From an uncultured Gemmatimonadales bacterium (lineage in GTDB: Bacteria; Gemmatimonadota; Gemmatimonadetes; Gemmatimonadales; GWC2-71-9), in the NCBI GenBank assembly GCA_963697435.1, contig CAVOOB010000002.1:452601-516600 (forward strand): a stretch of DNA of 64,000 bases, read 5' to 3'. How positions within the stretch are numbered: position 1 is the first letter of the stretch; every line of letters starts with the position of its first letter. The notes under the pieces were generated by a model. It was not told the DNA's origin. It worked only from the letters and a program-made list of their open reading frames with translations, and did not search any database. This document shows positions 56,391 to 64,000 of the stretch, piece by piece. The position numbers and the translations under genes are program-made.

Positions 56391-56945
56391 ATGACAAAGG
56401 CACTGGCAGTGGACTCCTATCTCGCAGGCGACGCCGAATCGGTCGTCGCGCGGGTGCGGGTGGGCGATCCGGCCGCGTTGGAGATCCTCTACCGCGCCTA
56501 CGAGACTCCCGTCTTCAATCTGGCTCGCCGGATCTGTCGCACCGTGGAAGACGCCGAGGATGTGCTGCAGGAGACCTTCTTCGAGGTCTACCGCAGCATT
56601 GGCCAGTACCGGGGCGACGGACCGCTCTGGGGCTGGGTCCGGCGGGTGGCATCCAGCAAGGCGCTGATGCGGCTCCGGCGGAACAAGTACCGCGAGACCG
56701 ATGAGCTCTTCGACGAGACTCACGCGGTCCGTCGAGAAGACACGCCGCTCCGGATGGATCTTGAGGCCGCGCTGGAACGCCTGCCGGAAACCTCGCGCGC
56801 CGTGGTGTGGCTCCACGACGTCGAGGGATATACGCACGAAGAAATCGCCGAGATGATGGACCGGACGCCGAGCTTCTCCAAGTCGCAGTTGTCGCGGGCG
56901 CATGCCAAGCTGCGGGTGTGGCTCGGCGAGGAGGCCCGGGCATGA
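56391..56945 (+). CDS. ECF-type RNA polymerase sigma factor
   Basis: 184 aa. Region 2 ..LYRAYETPVFNLARRICRTVEDAEDVLQETF.. and region 4 ..VVWLHDVEGYTHEEIAEMMDRTPSFSKSQLSRA... Confidence 0.9.
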   Translation: MTKALAVDSYLAGDAESVVARVRVGDPAALEILYRAYETPVFNLARRICRTVEDAEDVLQETFFEVYRSIGQYRGDGPLWGWVRRVASSKALMRLRRNKYRETDELFDETHAVRREDTPLRMDLEAALERLPETSRAVVWLHDVEGYTHEEIAEMMDRTPSFSKSQLSRAHAKLRVWLGEEARA

Positions 56946-57544
56946 GTCACCTGACCATGGAACAACTGGTGGCCCTGCGTGAGGCCGGCAGCGAGCCGGG
57001 GAGCGCGGAGAGTCAGGCCCATCTGCTGGCCTGCGCCGCATGCGCGGCGGAACTCGATCGCCTGCATCAGCGGGTGGCCAGGCTCCGTGCGCTGCCGACG
57101 TTGCGTCCACCCCGCGATCGCTTTGTCGCCGTGGCGGCCCGTGTGCGGCACGACCGCCGACAGCGGGTGGTCCGTCGCGCCGGCATCGGCGCCCTGGCGC
57201 TGGCCGCCTCGCTCCTGCTCGTGGTGGTCGGGCGCGACCTCATGGCGCCGCCGCCGGCCAACGCGTCGGATCAGCTCACGGCGGTCATGGCCGAGTCGGC
57301 CACCCTGGAGCAGGCGCTGCGCCAGCTCCGGAGCAGCCAGCAGGTAACCGATGGATACACGACGCGCGCCGCCGCCTCGCTGGAGGATCGGATCGCCGAG
57401 CTTGATCATCAGCTCGAGTCTGCCCAAATGCAGACGTCGCCGGCAACCAGGCACGAACTGCTTCCCCTCTGGCGGGAACGGGTGGGGTTGATGGACGCGC
57501 TCGTCGACGTGCACCTGACGCGCGCGCACAGCGTGGGGCTCTGA
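56942..57544 (+). CDS. anti-sigma factor (zf-HC2-like, single TM)
   Basis: ATG 56942 overlaps the sigma stop (ATGA). H-x3-C-x2-C (HLLACAAC) and one TM helix (IGALALAASLLLVVV). Confidence 0.7.
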   Translation: MSHLTMEQLVALREAGSEPGSAESQAHLLACAACAAELDRLHQRVARLRALPTLRPPRDRFVAVAARVRHDRRQRVVRRAGIGALALAASLLLVVVGRDLMAPPPANASDQLTAVMAESATLEQALRQLRSSQQVTDGYTTRAAASLEDRIAELDHQLESAQMQTSPATRHELLPLWRERVGLMDALVDVHLTRAHSVGL

Positions 57545-58530
57545 TGTTCGGTCGACGGTTGGTCGCCCTGTCCCTTGCCCTCGCAACCGCCGCGCCGCTC
57601 ATGGCGCAAACGGTGGCGGCGCCACGTGCCCCCAAGCCGTCGCGGCCGGAGTCGTTGGTCATCGTCATGGACTCGATGCGGTTCCGCTTCGATTCTCTCC
57701 GCGCCAACACCTACTTCTTCCGTGACTCGATGCAGCCGATGATGGCGCGGGCCTTCGCCAGCCGCCGGGTGCGCATTGGAGTCGTGGTGAACACCCAGCC
57801 CTCCGAGACCGATTCCATCGGGGCGCTCCTCGACGGCGTCACGCCGGGCGGACCGGCCGCTGCCGCGGGACTGGTGGCGGGCGACATCATCACGCGATTC
57901 GGCAAGACCGCGCTGGCGGTGGAGCTCTCCAAGGTCCCGCCGGGTGCCCGGGTCACCAGCCCCGGCTTCAAGCTGGTGGAGCTGGTGGCCAAGCTGGCAC
58001 CCAACGACACCGTGCCCCTGGAGTACCGTCGAGGGAAGAAGGGGATGAAGACGCAGGTCGTGACGGCGGCAATGCCCGACAATATCGCCGTGGTCGTGGG
58101 TCCCGAAGGGAACTTCGCGTTCCGTTCCATGCCTGGCGGAGAGGACTACTGGGTGGGGCGGGAGAGCCAGGAGAACCAGCGGGCGCTGGAGCTGGCCCTC
58201 CTTCGCAGCGAGGCGGCGCGCGGTGGCGCGGATCTCTCCTACTCGCTGTACCGCAGCCGCGCTCTGCGCGACCTCGAACTCGCGCCGGTCAATCCCCAGC
58301 TCGGCAGCTACTTCGGCACCACCGAAGGCGTCCTTGTCGTCGACGTGCCGGACCCCGCGCCGCTCGGCCTCAGGGCGGGCGACGTGGTGGTCGGCGTCGA
58401 TGGCCGGGCGGTGACCAACCCGCGTCAGCTCATGCGGATTCTGGGCAGCTACGAACCGGGAGAGCCGATCAAACTCGAGGTGATGCGGCAGAAGAACCGC
58501 ATCCCCCTGAAGGGGACGCTGGGACGCTAG
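57544..58530 (+). CDS. periplasmic protein with two PDZ domains
   Basis: 328 aa with a signal peptide. ..GGPAAAAGLVAGDIITRFG.. and ..LGLRAGDVVVGVDGRAV... TGATG overlap with the anti-sigma gene. Confidence 0.75.
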   Translation: MFGRRLVALSLALATAAPLMAQTVAAPRAPKPSRPESLVIVMDSMRFRFDSLRANTYFFRDSMQPMMARAFASRRVRIGVVVNTQPSETDSIGALLDGVTPGGPAAAAGLVAGDIITRFGKTALAVELSKVPPGARVTSPGFKLVELVAKLAPNDTVPLEYRRGKKGMKTQVVTAAMPDNIAVVVGPEGNFAFRSMPGGEDYWVGRESQENQRALELALLRSEAARGGADLSYSLYRSRALRDLELAPVNPQLGSYFGTTEGVLVVDVPDPAPLGLRAGDVVVGVDGRAVTNPRQLMRILGSYEPGEPIKLEVMRQKNRIPLKGTLGR

Positions 58531-58769
58531 GCGGGTGGGGCGGGGGAAAAGAGATAGGTTTCCATCTGCTCGAACAGGAATTTCTTGGCCTCCGGGCTTC
58601 GCAGATCCAGGCCGTAGTGGTTGATGAGCTGCTGCTGATATTTCAGCCACTCACCCCAGCATACGGCACAGATCTGTTCGAAGGCCCGGAGGCCAAGGTC
58701 GTTCTGGAAGGGCCGGAAGGCCATCTGGTCGCGGGTCTGGCCGCAACGCACACAGGATAGGGTTGCCAT
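58527..58769 (-). CDS. YggX-like Fe(2+)-trafficking / oxidative-damage protection protein
   Basis: ATG 58769. 80 aa: CVRCG.., ..ICAVCWGEWLKYQQQLINHYGLDL..PEAKKFLFEQMETYLF. Confidence 0.78.
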   Translation of the reverse strand: MATLSCVRCGQTRDQMAFRPFQNDLGLRAFEQICAVCWGEWLKYQQQLINHYGLDLRSPEAKKFLFEQMETYLFSPAPPA

Positions 58770-58770
58770 G

Positions 58771-58788
58771 CCCCCAAGATATTGGGGG
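58771..58788 (-). promoter_or_regulatory. hairpin covering the G-rich ribosome-binding region of the YggX-like gene
   Basis: CCCCCAA gata TTGGGGG, a perfect 7-bp stem. It ends 1-2 nt from ATG 58769 and starts 10 nt after the upstream stop. Confidence 0.4.
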
Positions 58789-58797
58789 TCGGCCGAC

Positions 58798-59063
58798 CTA
58801 GCCATCTCCCCGACGGAGTGCCTTGACCCCGCTCGCGGTCCCGACGCCGGCGCCGATCCCGAAGGTGGCGGCGGTCACCATCGTCACGATGGGGAGCAGC
58901 GCGACCGGCAAGGCCACGACCGCAGCGATCAGCCCCGCGGCGAACGGGAAGACGGGATTGTAGACGCCGTCCACGAAACGGAGGCGGCGGCGGACAAAGT
59001 TCCGGGCAATGATGAAGCCGCCGCGGCGGCCCCGATGGTGATGCTCAGGGCGAGGATGCCCAT
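58798..59063 (-). CDS. small membrane protein, N-terminus unresolved (possible frameshift)
   Basis: Track ORF 58798-59157 ends in a convincing hydrophobic part (..FIIARNFVRRRLRFVDGVYNPVFPFAAGLIAAVVALPVALLPIVTMVTAATFGIGAG..). An RBS-preceded ATG at 59063 (MGILALSITIGAAAAA..) is in a different frame. Confidence 0.35.
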
Positions 59064-59127
59064 AGGTTCCTCTGGTGTTGGAGGCTTGTTTCAGTACGGA
59101 ACATTCGAGTCGGGATGTTTCAATCGG

Positions 59128-59163
59128 ACCTTCACTCGGGCGGAAGCCGGGGTCCATGGTCCC
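59128..59163 (+). repeat. hairpin element copy 8 (degenerate)
   Basis: CCTTCACTCGGGCGGAAGCCGGGGTCCATGGTCCC. Confidence 0.6.
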
Positions 59164-59170
59164 TCAAACC

Positions 59171-59203
59171 AAATGGATCCCGGCTTGCGCCGGGATGACC
59201 ACC
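59171..59203 (-). repeat. hairpin element copy 9 (inverted relative to copy 8)
   Basis: Minus strand reads GGTGGTCATCCCGGCGCAAGCCGGGATCCATTT. Confidence 0.7.
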
Positions 59204-59214
59204 AAACACCTTCG

Positions 59215-59260
59215 GCCTCCCTGCCTCCCTGCCTCCCGTGCCTCCCTGCCTCCCTGCCTC
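59215..59260 (-). repeat. G-rich octamer array (AGGGAGGC on minus strand), about 5.5 units
   Basis: Plus strand (GCCTCCCT)x2 GCCTCCCG T (GCCTCCCT)x2 GCCTC. The fabH stop (59259-59261) is formed by the last partial unit. Confidence 0.9.
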
Positions 59261-60258
59261 ACCACCGTATCACGCAACTCCCCCACATGAACCCCGATCC
59301 GAAGGCCGTCAGGACCAGCAGGTCCCCTCGCGTGAGGCGGCCGCTCCGCACGCACTCGTCCAGCGCGATCGGGATTGTCGCGGAGGTGGTGTTGCCGTAG
59401 CGCATGATGTTGTTGTAGACCTGATCATCGCGGAGCTTGAGGGATTTCTGCACCGCCTCGGAGATCCGCAGGTTGGCCTGGTGCGGAATCAGGAGGTTCA
59501 CGTCGTCCCAGGTGTACCCCGCCTTGGTGACGGCCGCGGTCGCCGATTCCGGCATCTTGGTCACGGCATGTCGGAAGACATCCCGCCCATCCATCGTGAG
59601 CCACTGCTTCCCCTGCTTCGAGCTGCCGGGCGGAGATGCGGGGGTGGTACATCGATCCGGGCACATCCACCCAGAGCTTCTCGGCGAAATCCCCATCGGT
59701 ATGCAGGTCGAAGCAGAGCACGCCACGATCTTCGGACTCCTCGACCGCACCCAGGATCGCGGCGCCGGCGCCGTCCGCGAAAATCACCGCGGTATGCCTG
59801 CCCTCGGTACTCAAGTCCATGCCGGTCGACTGGATTTCCTCTCCCACCAGGAGGATCCGATCGTACTGGCCGGACCGGATCCACGCGTCTGCCACCGACA
59901 ACCCGTACACGAAGCCGCTGCACTGCGTACGAATGTCGAGGGCGGGAATGTTGCCCGCGCCAAGCGAACGCTGGAGATAGACGCCGTTGCCGGGGCAGAA
60001 GTGGTCGGGAGTTGAAGTGGCGAAGACGATGGCGTCGAGGTCGGTCGGCTGGAGGCCGGCCGCCTCGAGTGCCTGTTGCGCTGCGGGGAGGGCGAGGTCC
60101 ACCGACGACTGCCCCTCGCGCACCCAGCGGCGCTCCTCGATCCCGGTCCGTTCCCGGATCCACTGGTCCGACGTGTCCATGAGGCCCGCGAGGTCGTCGT
60201 TGGTGACCACACGGTCCGGAACGCAGAAGCCGGTGCCCAGGATAGCGGAGCGGCGCAC
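59259..60258 (-). pseudogene. fabH: 3-oxoacyl-ACP synthase III, frame broken by a 1-nt indel (probable assembly error)
   Basis: Track ORF 59425-60258 has the N-terminal two thirds (..DIRTQCSGFVYGL.. active Cys). Track ORF 59259-59750 has ..KQWLTMDGRDVFRHAV..IPHQANLRI..YGNTTSATIP...GFMWGS. The frames switch between about 59605 and 59645. Confidence 0.88.
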
Positions 60259-60352
60259 ATGACCTCCAGGAGAGAGCGCGAGGGGAGCCCTATCTTGCGG
60301 GCGAACGGGACGTGGCGCAAGCGGCGCCCCCAGAGTCGGCGGGGCGGTACGG

Positions 60353-62608
60353 CTACTTGCGGAAGAGGTACGCGAGCTTCACGAAGAAGCCGTCGGTCTG
60401 GCGCTGCAGCGTCGAAAAATCCCAGGCATCGGTCGTGATCGAGGCGGAACCGTATCCCAGGAAGGCAACGGTACCGGGGCTGGGTTCGTACGACGCGAGG
60501 ACATCGACGCGGAGACCCTGGTTGTCTTGCGGGTTCGATGGGCTCCCGTTGACGAGCAGGACCTGGCCGGTGACCGGGTCACGCAGCTCCGACCGCCGGG
60601 TGGACTGGTACTCGGTGATCAGCCGGAAGAAGAGGGGACGCGACGGCTGATACTCGAACTTGAACCGCGGAATCACACTGTTGGCGTACTCGGACCCGTC
60701 CGACGTCCGGTTGAGGGTGGCATAGGCGACGCGGCCTTCAAACCGGAGCGTCTTGCTCGGTCGGAAGTTGATGCTCGCGTTGAGCGTCGAGCCTTGCCCC
60801 TCGCTCCCTTCCGCGTACAGCGGCGCGTGGCCGAACTCGTAGCTGGCCGACGCGTTGAACACCTGGTAGGTCGGCGTCGTGACCGAGAGTTTTCCGGTGT
60901 ACAGGTTGTCGATGCCAGGGGGAGGGACGAAATCCACCCCCGGGGCAGTTTCGATTCCGTCAAAATCTGCCAAATAGAACGACGTGAAGCTCCGCACCGG
61001 ATTGGCGCTCAGTTGCCAGCCGCCTCGCAGCTGGAGATTGAAGGTGATGCTCTGTTGCCCCTCCGCCGGGCTGTTGCTGGTGAACCCGTCGTACTCGTAG
61101 ATCCAGGTGGGCCCGAAGAAGACGGTGAAGTTCTCGAGGAGGGCGCCCTTCGCCCCATAGAAGGCCAGGCGATTGAAGATGTGCGCGTTCACGATGTTGT
61201 TGCGCGGCACGAAACCGGAGCCGGCGAGGAAGTCGTCCCCGATGCCGTTGATCGTGTAGTTGAAGCCCCAGGTCCGGCCGGTGCGGTCGAAGGTCAGTTT
61301 CCAGATGGGGTCGGTCGCGGTGCCCGCGCCGTCGTCCAGGTTGGTCCAGGACTGCCCGTACTGCGCCTCGACGAAGTAGAGCTTGGCGAAGACGATGTGG
61401 GCATCACCCTCGAGAAGCCTGTTGTAGGCGCCGCCCTGGACCCGGTCGGTGTAGGTCAGGCCCGCGACGCTGCTGGCGCCGAGGTCGCGACGCACCCGGA
61501 CCAGGTTGAACCACGCGTCGTCGATGTCCTGGAAGTCGTCCACGGCGCCGAGGTAGGCGATGCTGTTGCGGCCGACCTTGCCGGTCACCTTGGCGCCTCC
61601 GTACGGGTCGGCGATGCGCCTCGTGTAGATCAGGTTGCCGGGGGTGGAAAAGAGGTCGATACCCTTCAGGAAGAAGGGTCGTTTCTCGGGAACGAAAAGG
61701 GCAAAGCGTTCGTTGACGGTGATGAGCCCCACATCGCTTTCGACCTGGCTGAAGTCGGGGTTGACGGTGCCGTCGAACGCCATGGTTGTCGTGGCGAGCT
61801 GCAGGTTGATGCCGACGCTCGGCTTCGGATCGTCCCGGGTGAACGTCCCGTCCCCCTGCCTGTTCCCCGCCCATCCCGCCGTCACGAAGGGCTGGGCCTC
61901 GAAGACGAGTCCGCGCTGCATCCCTTCCAGCCCGGTGAGTACCCCTTCCTGGGCCAGGAAACTCGAGTTGGCCCGCCGGACATCGGTCCAGGTGTCCTCA
62001 TAGGCGGTTCGCTGCACGTAGCGCACCGCGTTGAACCCCCACGACTGCGCTCCCGAACCGGCGTACTGCAGGCTCTTGAAGGGGATGCGGACCTCCACCT
62101 CGTACCCCTGCTCGGTGCGCCGGCCCTTCGAGTCCCAGATATAGTCGACATTGAGGTCGTCTTGCCCACCGAAGAGACTCCCGGCGCTGGTTCCCGTCTC
62201 GCTCCGGAGGCCGTCCTCCTGCACGCCGAGCCCGTTGACGCCGAAGAACGAGGCGCGACGCTTGTCGTTGAAGGTGTCCAGGTAGAGGCGGACGCGGTCC
62301 TCGCCACCGATCTTGTCGCGATCGGTGAAGGTGGCGCGGATGCTCCCCGGGTCGGTGTCATGGGCGATAATGCCGAAATGAATGGCCGTGGGCGAATACC
62401 AGACGAGGACGATCGTCTCCTGCTCGGCCATGCGGCCGTCCACCGGTCGATACTGATGAAAGCCGTCGAGGCGGGCCGCCTGGGCCCACACCGGTTCATC
62501 GAGCAAGCCATCGATGGTGACGGCGGTGTCGATCCGGGGAATGGTGACGGTGGGCGGGGGGGCCTGGGCCGGGTCCTGGGCCAGGACAGCAAGGAGAGGA
62601 AGGAGCAT
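60353..62608 (-). CDS. DUF5916 / carbohydrate-binding-family-9-like outer-membrane protein
   Basis: 751 aa with ..IDGLLDEPVW..A....F.Q..P.. at the N-terminus, then a long beta-rich region ending ..FFVKLAYLFRK. Confidence 0.75.
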   Translation of the reverse strand: MLLPLLAVLAQDPAQAPPPTVTIPRIDTAVTIDGLLDEPVWAQAARLDGFHQYRPVDGRMAEQETIVLVWYSPTAIHFGIIAHDTDPGSIRATFTDRDKIGGEDRVRLYLDTFNDKRRASFFGVNGLGVQEDGLRSETGTSAGSLFGGQDDLNVDYIWDSKGRRTEQGYEVEVRIPFKSLQYAGSGAQSWGFNAVRYVQRTAYEDTWTDVRRANSSFLAQEGVLTGLEGMQRGLVFEAQPFVTAGWAGNRQGDGTFTRDDPKPSVGINLQLATTTMAFDGTVNPDFSQVESDVGLITVNERFALFVPEKRPFFLKGIDLFSTPGNLIYTRRIADPYGGAKVTGKVGRNSIAYLGAVDDFQDIDDAWFNLVRVRRDLGASSVAGLTYTDRVQGGAYNRLLEGDAHIVFAKLYFVEAQYGQSWTNLDDGAGTATDPIWKLTFDRTGRTWGFNYTINGIGDDFLAGSGFVPRNNIVNAHIFNRLAFYGAKGALLENFTVFFGPTWIYEYDGFTSNSPAEGQQSITFNLQLRGGWQLSANPVRSFTSFYLADFDGIETAPGVDFVPPPGIDNLYTGKLSVTTPTYQVFNASASYEFGHAPLYAEGSEGQGSTLNASINFRPSKTLRFEGRVAYATLNRTSDGSEYANSVIPRFKFEYQPSRPLFFRLITEYQSTRRSELRDPVTGQVLLVNGSPSNPQDNQGLRVDVLASYEPSPGTVAFLGYGSASITTDAWDFSTLQRQTDGFFVKLAYLFRK

Positions 62609-62618
62609 GTCGGGAAAC

Positions 62619-63170
62619 CTAGTTTGTCCCGGCCTCCGGGTCTCGGGTTCGGTCAGGTATGGTGCCGCGGAGCACAGCCACGCCGTCGAGCGCCACGAGC
62701 ATGTCGTCTTCCGGAAGGGCGGTCACGCCGACCATCGTCAGCGCCGGTCCTTCGCCAGCCGGAAAGAGGCCGGCGGCGGCGGTGCGCATCGCGTCAAAGT
62801 CGCCGTTGCTGCAGCCAAGGCAATACACGGTCAACTTGATCAGGTCAGCGGGGACGCCCCGGGCAAAGCGGACGATGGCAGAGGCGTTGGCGAGCGCCTG
62901 CTGGAGCTGGGCCACCCGGTTGCCGCGCCCGACCAGGAGGCCGGTGCTGTCGAGGGGCACCTGCCCGGCCAGGTAGACCGTCTGCCCCACCTTGACCGCG
63001 CTGCTGAAGCCGGGAATGATGGGGACATTCGGCGCCTGGATGAACTCGGGCGGGGGAGGTGCCACCGGGTAGATGCGCCCCGACCCACCGGGCCCCCCGG
63101 CGGGGGCGGCGCTGGGGCCGCACGCAATCAACGACAGTGCTGCCAGGGCCGCGGTTGCGGCCCTATTCAT
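62619..63170 (-). CDS. RidA/YjgF-family lipoprotein
   Basis: ATG 63170, lipobox LSLIAC. ..VKVGQTVYLAGQVPLD.. and ..PALTMVGVTALP... Confidence 0.82.
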   Translation of the reverse strand: MNRAATAALAALSLIACGPSAAPAGGPGGSGRIYPVAPPPPEFIQAPNVPIIPGFSSAVKVGQTVYLAGQVPLDSTGLLVGRGNRVAQLQQALANASAIVRFARGVPADLIKLTVYCLGCSNGDFDAMRTAAAGLFPAGEGPALTMVGVTALPEDDMLVALDGVAVLRGTIPDRTRDPEAGTN

Positions 63171-64000
63171 AGCGGAGCGCCACGATCGGGTCGAGCGAGG
63201 CGGCACGCCGGGCCGGCAGGATCCCGAAGAACAACCCGACGGCGGCGCTGAACACAAACGCGACGAAGATGGCCATGGGCGAAACATACGTGTTCCACCC
63301 CGCCAGGCGCGAGAGGGTCACCGCCGCCCCCGACCCGAGGAGGATGCCGAGTGTGCCGCCGACGAACGACAGCACCATCGCCTCGATCAGGAACTGCAGC
63401 AGGATGTTGCCCCGCGTGGCGCCGAGCGCCTTGCGGATGCCGATTTCCCGGGTGCGCTCCGTCACCGACACCAGCATGATGTTCATGATGCCGATGCCAC
63501 CGACGAGGAGACTCACGCCGGCAATGCTCGCGAGGAGCGCGGTGAACACCTGCGTGGCCTGCTGCTGGGTCGCGAGGATGTCCTGCTGGTTCCGGACCCG
63601 GAAGTCGTTCTCGGCGCCGGGCCGAATCTTGTGTTCCCGGCGGAGGATCCGCTCGAAGTCCACCATCCCTCGCTCCAGCGGCACACCCTCGGCGATCTGG
63701 ACCGTGAGTGACCGGAGGCGATCCGTGCCGAAAATCCGGTACCGGGCCGTCTGGAGTGGAATCAGGATCTGCTCGTCCGGATTGGAGAAGGAGCCTGCGG
63801 CACCCTTCTGGCTCAGGACGCCGATGATCTCGAACGGGATGCCGCGAATGCTGATCGTCTGACCCATCATGGCCGCGGCATTGCCACCGAGCATTTCCGG
63901 GACTTCCCAGCCCAGCACGGCGTAGCGCTGGCGGGAATCATTGTCACCGGGGGTGAACATCCGGCCGTACGGCACGGTGTAGTTGCGCACCTCGGCGTAG
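63163..64000 (-). CDS. MacB/FtsX-type ABC transporter permease (C-terminal part; gene continues beyond window end)
   Basis: Track ORF 63163-63990 with no start in the window. ..ERTREIGIRKALGATRGNILLQFLIEAMVLS.. FtsX signature, ending ..LDPIVALRYE. Confidence 0.85.
   Translation of the reverse strand, partial: YAEVRNYTVPYGRMFTPGDNDSRQRYAVLGWEVPEMLGGNAAAMMGQTISIRGIPFEIIGVLSQKGAAGSFSNPDEQILIPLQTARYRIFGTDRLRSLTVQIAEGVPLERGMVDFERILRREHKIRPGAENDFRVRNQQDILATQQQATQVFTALLASIAGVSLLVGGIGIMNIMLVSVTERTREIGIRKALGATRGNILLQFLIEAMVLSFVGGTLGILLGSGAAVTLSRLAGWNTYVSPMAIFVAFVFSAAVGLFFGILPARRAASLDPIVALRYE

Overview
Visibly GC-rich, gene-dense bacterial chromosomal window with about 63 protein-coding genes, many joined by 1-4 nt start/stop overlaps. 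By eye I found no rRNA, tRNA, CRISPR array, transposase, integrase or phage gene. All family calls come from motif recognition, because no BLAST or HMM search was possible. Coordinates taken from my own reading of the bases may be off by 1-2 nt; coordinates derived from the ORF track are exact.

Gene content:
- Housekeeping: gyrA, leuS, fabH, selD, rnhA, a thiolase, an IPMDH-family dehydrogenase, a NAD-salvage pair and aminotransferases.
- Envelope and transport: a periplasmic adaptor plus two RND pumps, an ABCB-type exporter, an Omp85-like barrel, a DUF5916-like protein, a Big_2/TolB-like protein, three paralogous beta-propeller (lipo)proteins, VIT1, TMEM175 and a His-rich Ni/Co-type transporter.
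- Signalling: ECF sigma/anti-sigma/PDZ, REC-GAF-GGDEF, a Ser/Thr kinase, an MCP and a TetR regulator.
- The gene and protein style resembles soil Gemmatimonadota/Acidobacteriota-like genomes. That is only an impression.

Main second-look items:
1. Three genes (SPFH, ABC exporter, fabH), and possibly a fourth, are broken by single-nt indels located at or near short homopolymer runs (exact for SPFH and ABC, bracketed for fabH). Consensus error in the assembly is the leading explanation, ahead of real pseudogenes.
2. Three families of short repeats cluster at gene 3' ends and intergenic gaps. They are a roughly 35-nt hairpin element (9 copies), GGACTGA heptamer arrays and G-rich octamer arrays. 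Several copies supply stop codons or intrude into coding sequence, and the G-rich arrays show a consistent strand bias.
3. Small ORFs below the track cut-off and a tandemly duplicated pair of small membrane proteins.
4. Unusual translational coupling: gyrA with signalling genes, selD with rnhA, and a zinc-ribbon protein with a dehydrogenase.

I could not support a discrete new multi-gene system such as a defence, secretion or biosynthetic cluster. The repeat architecture is the most unusual signal here.
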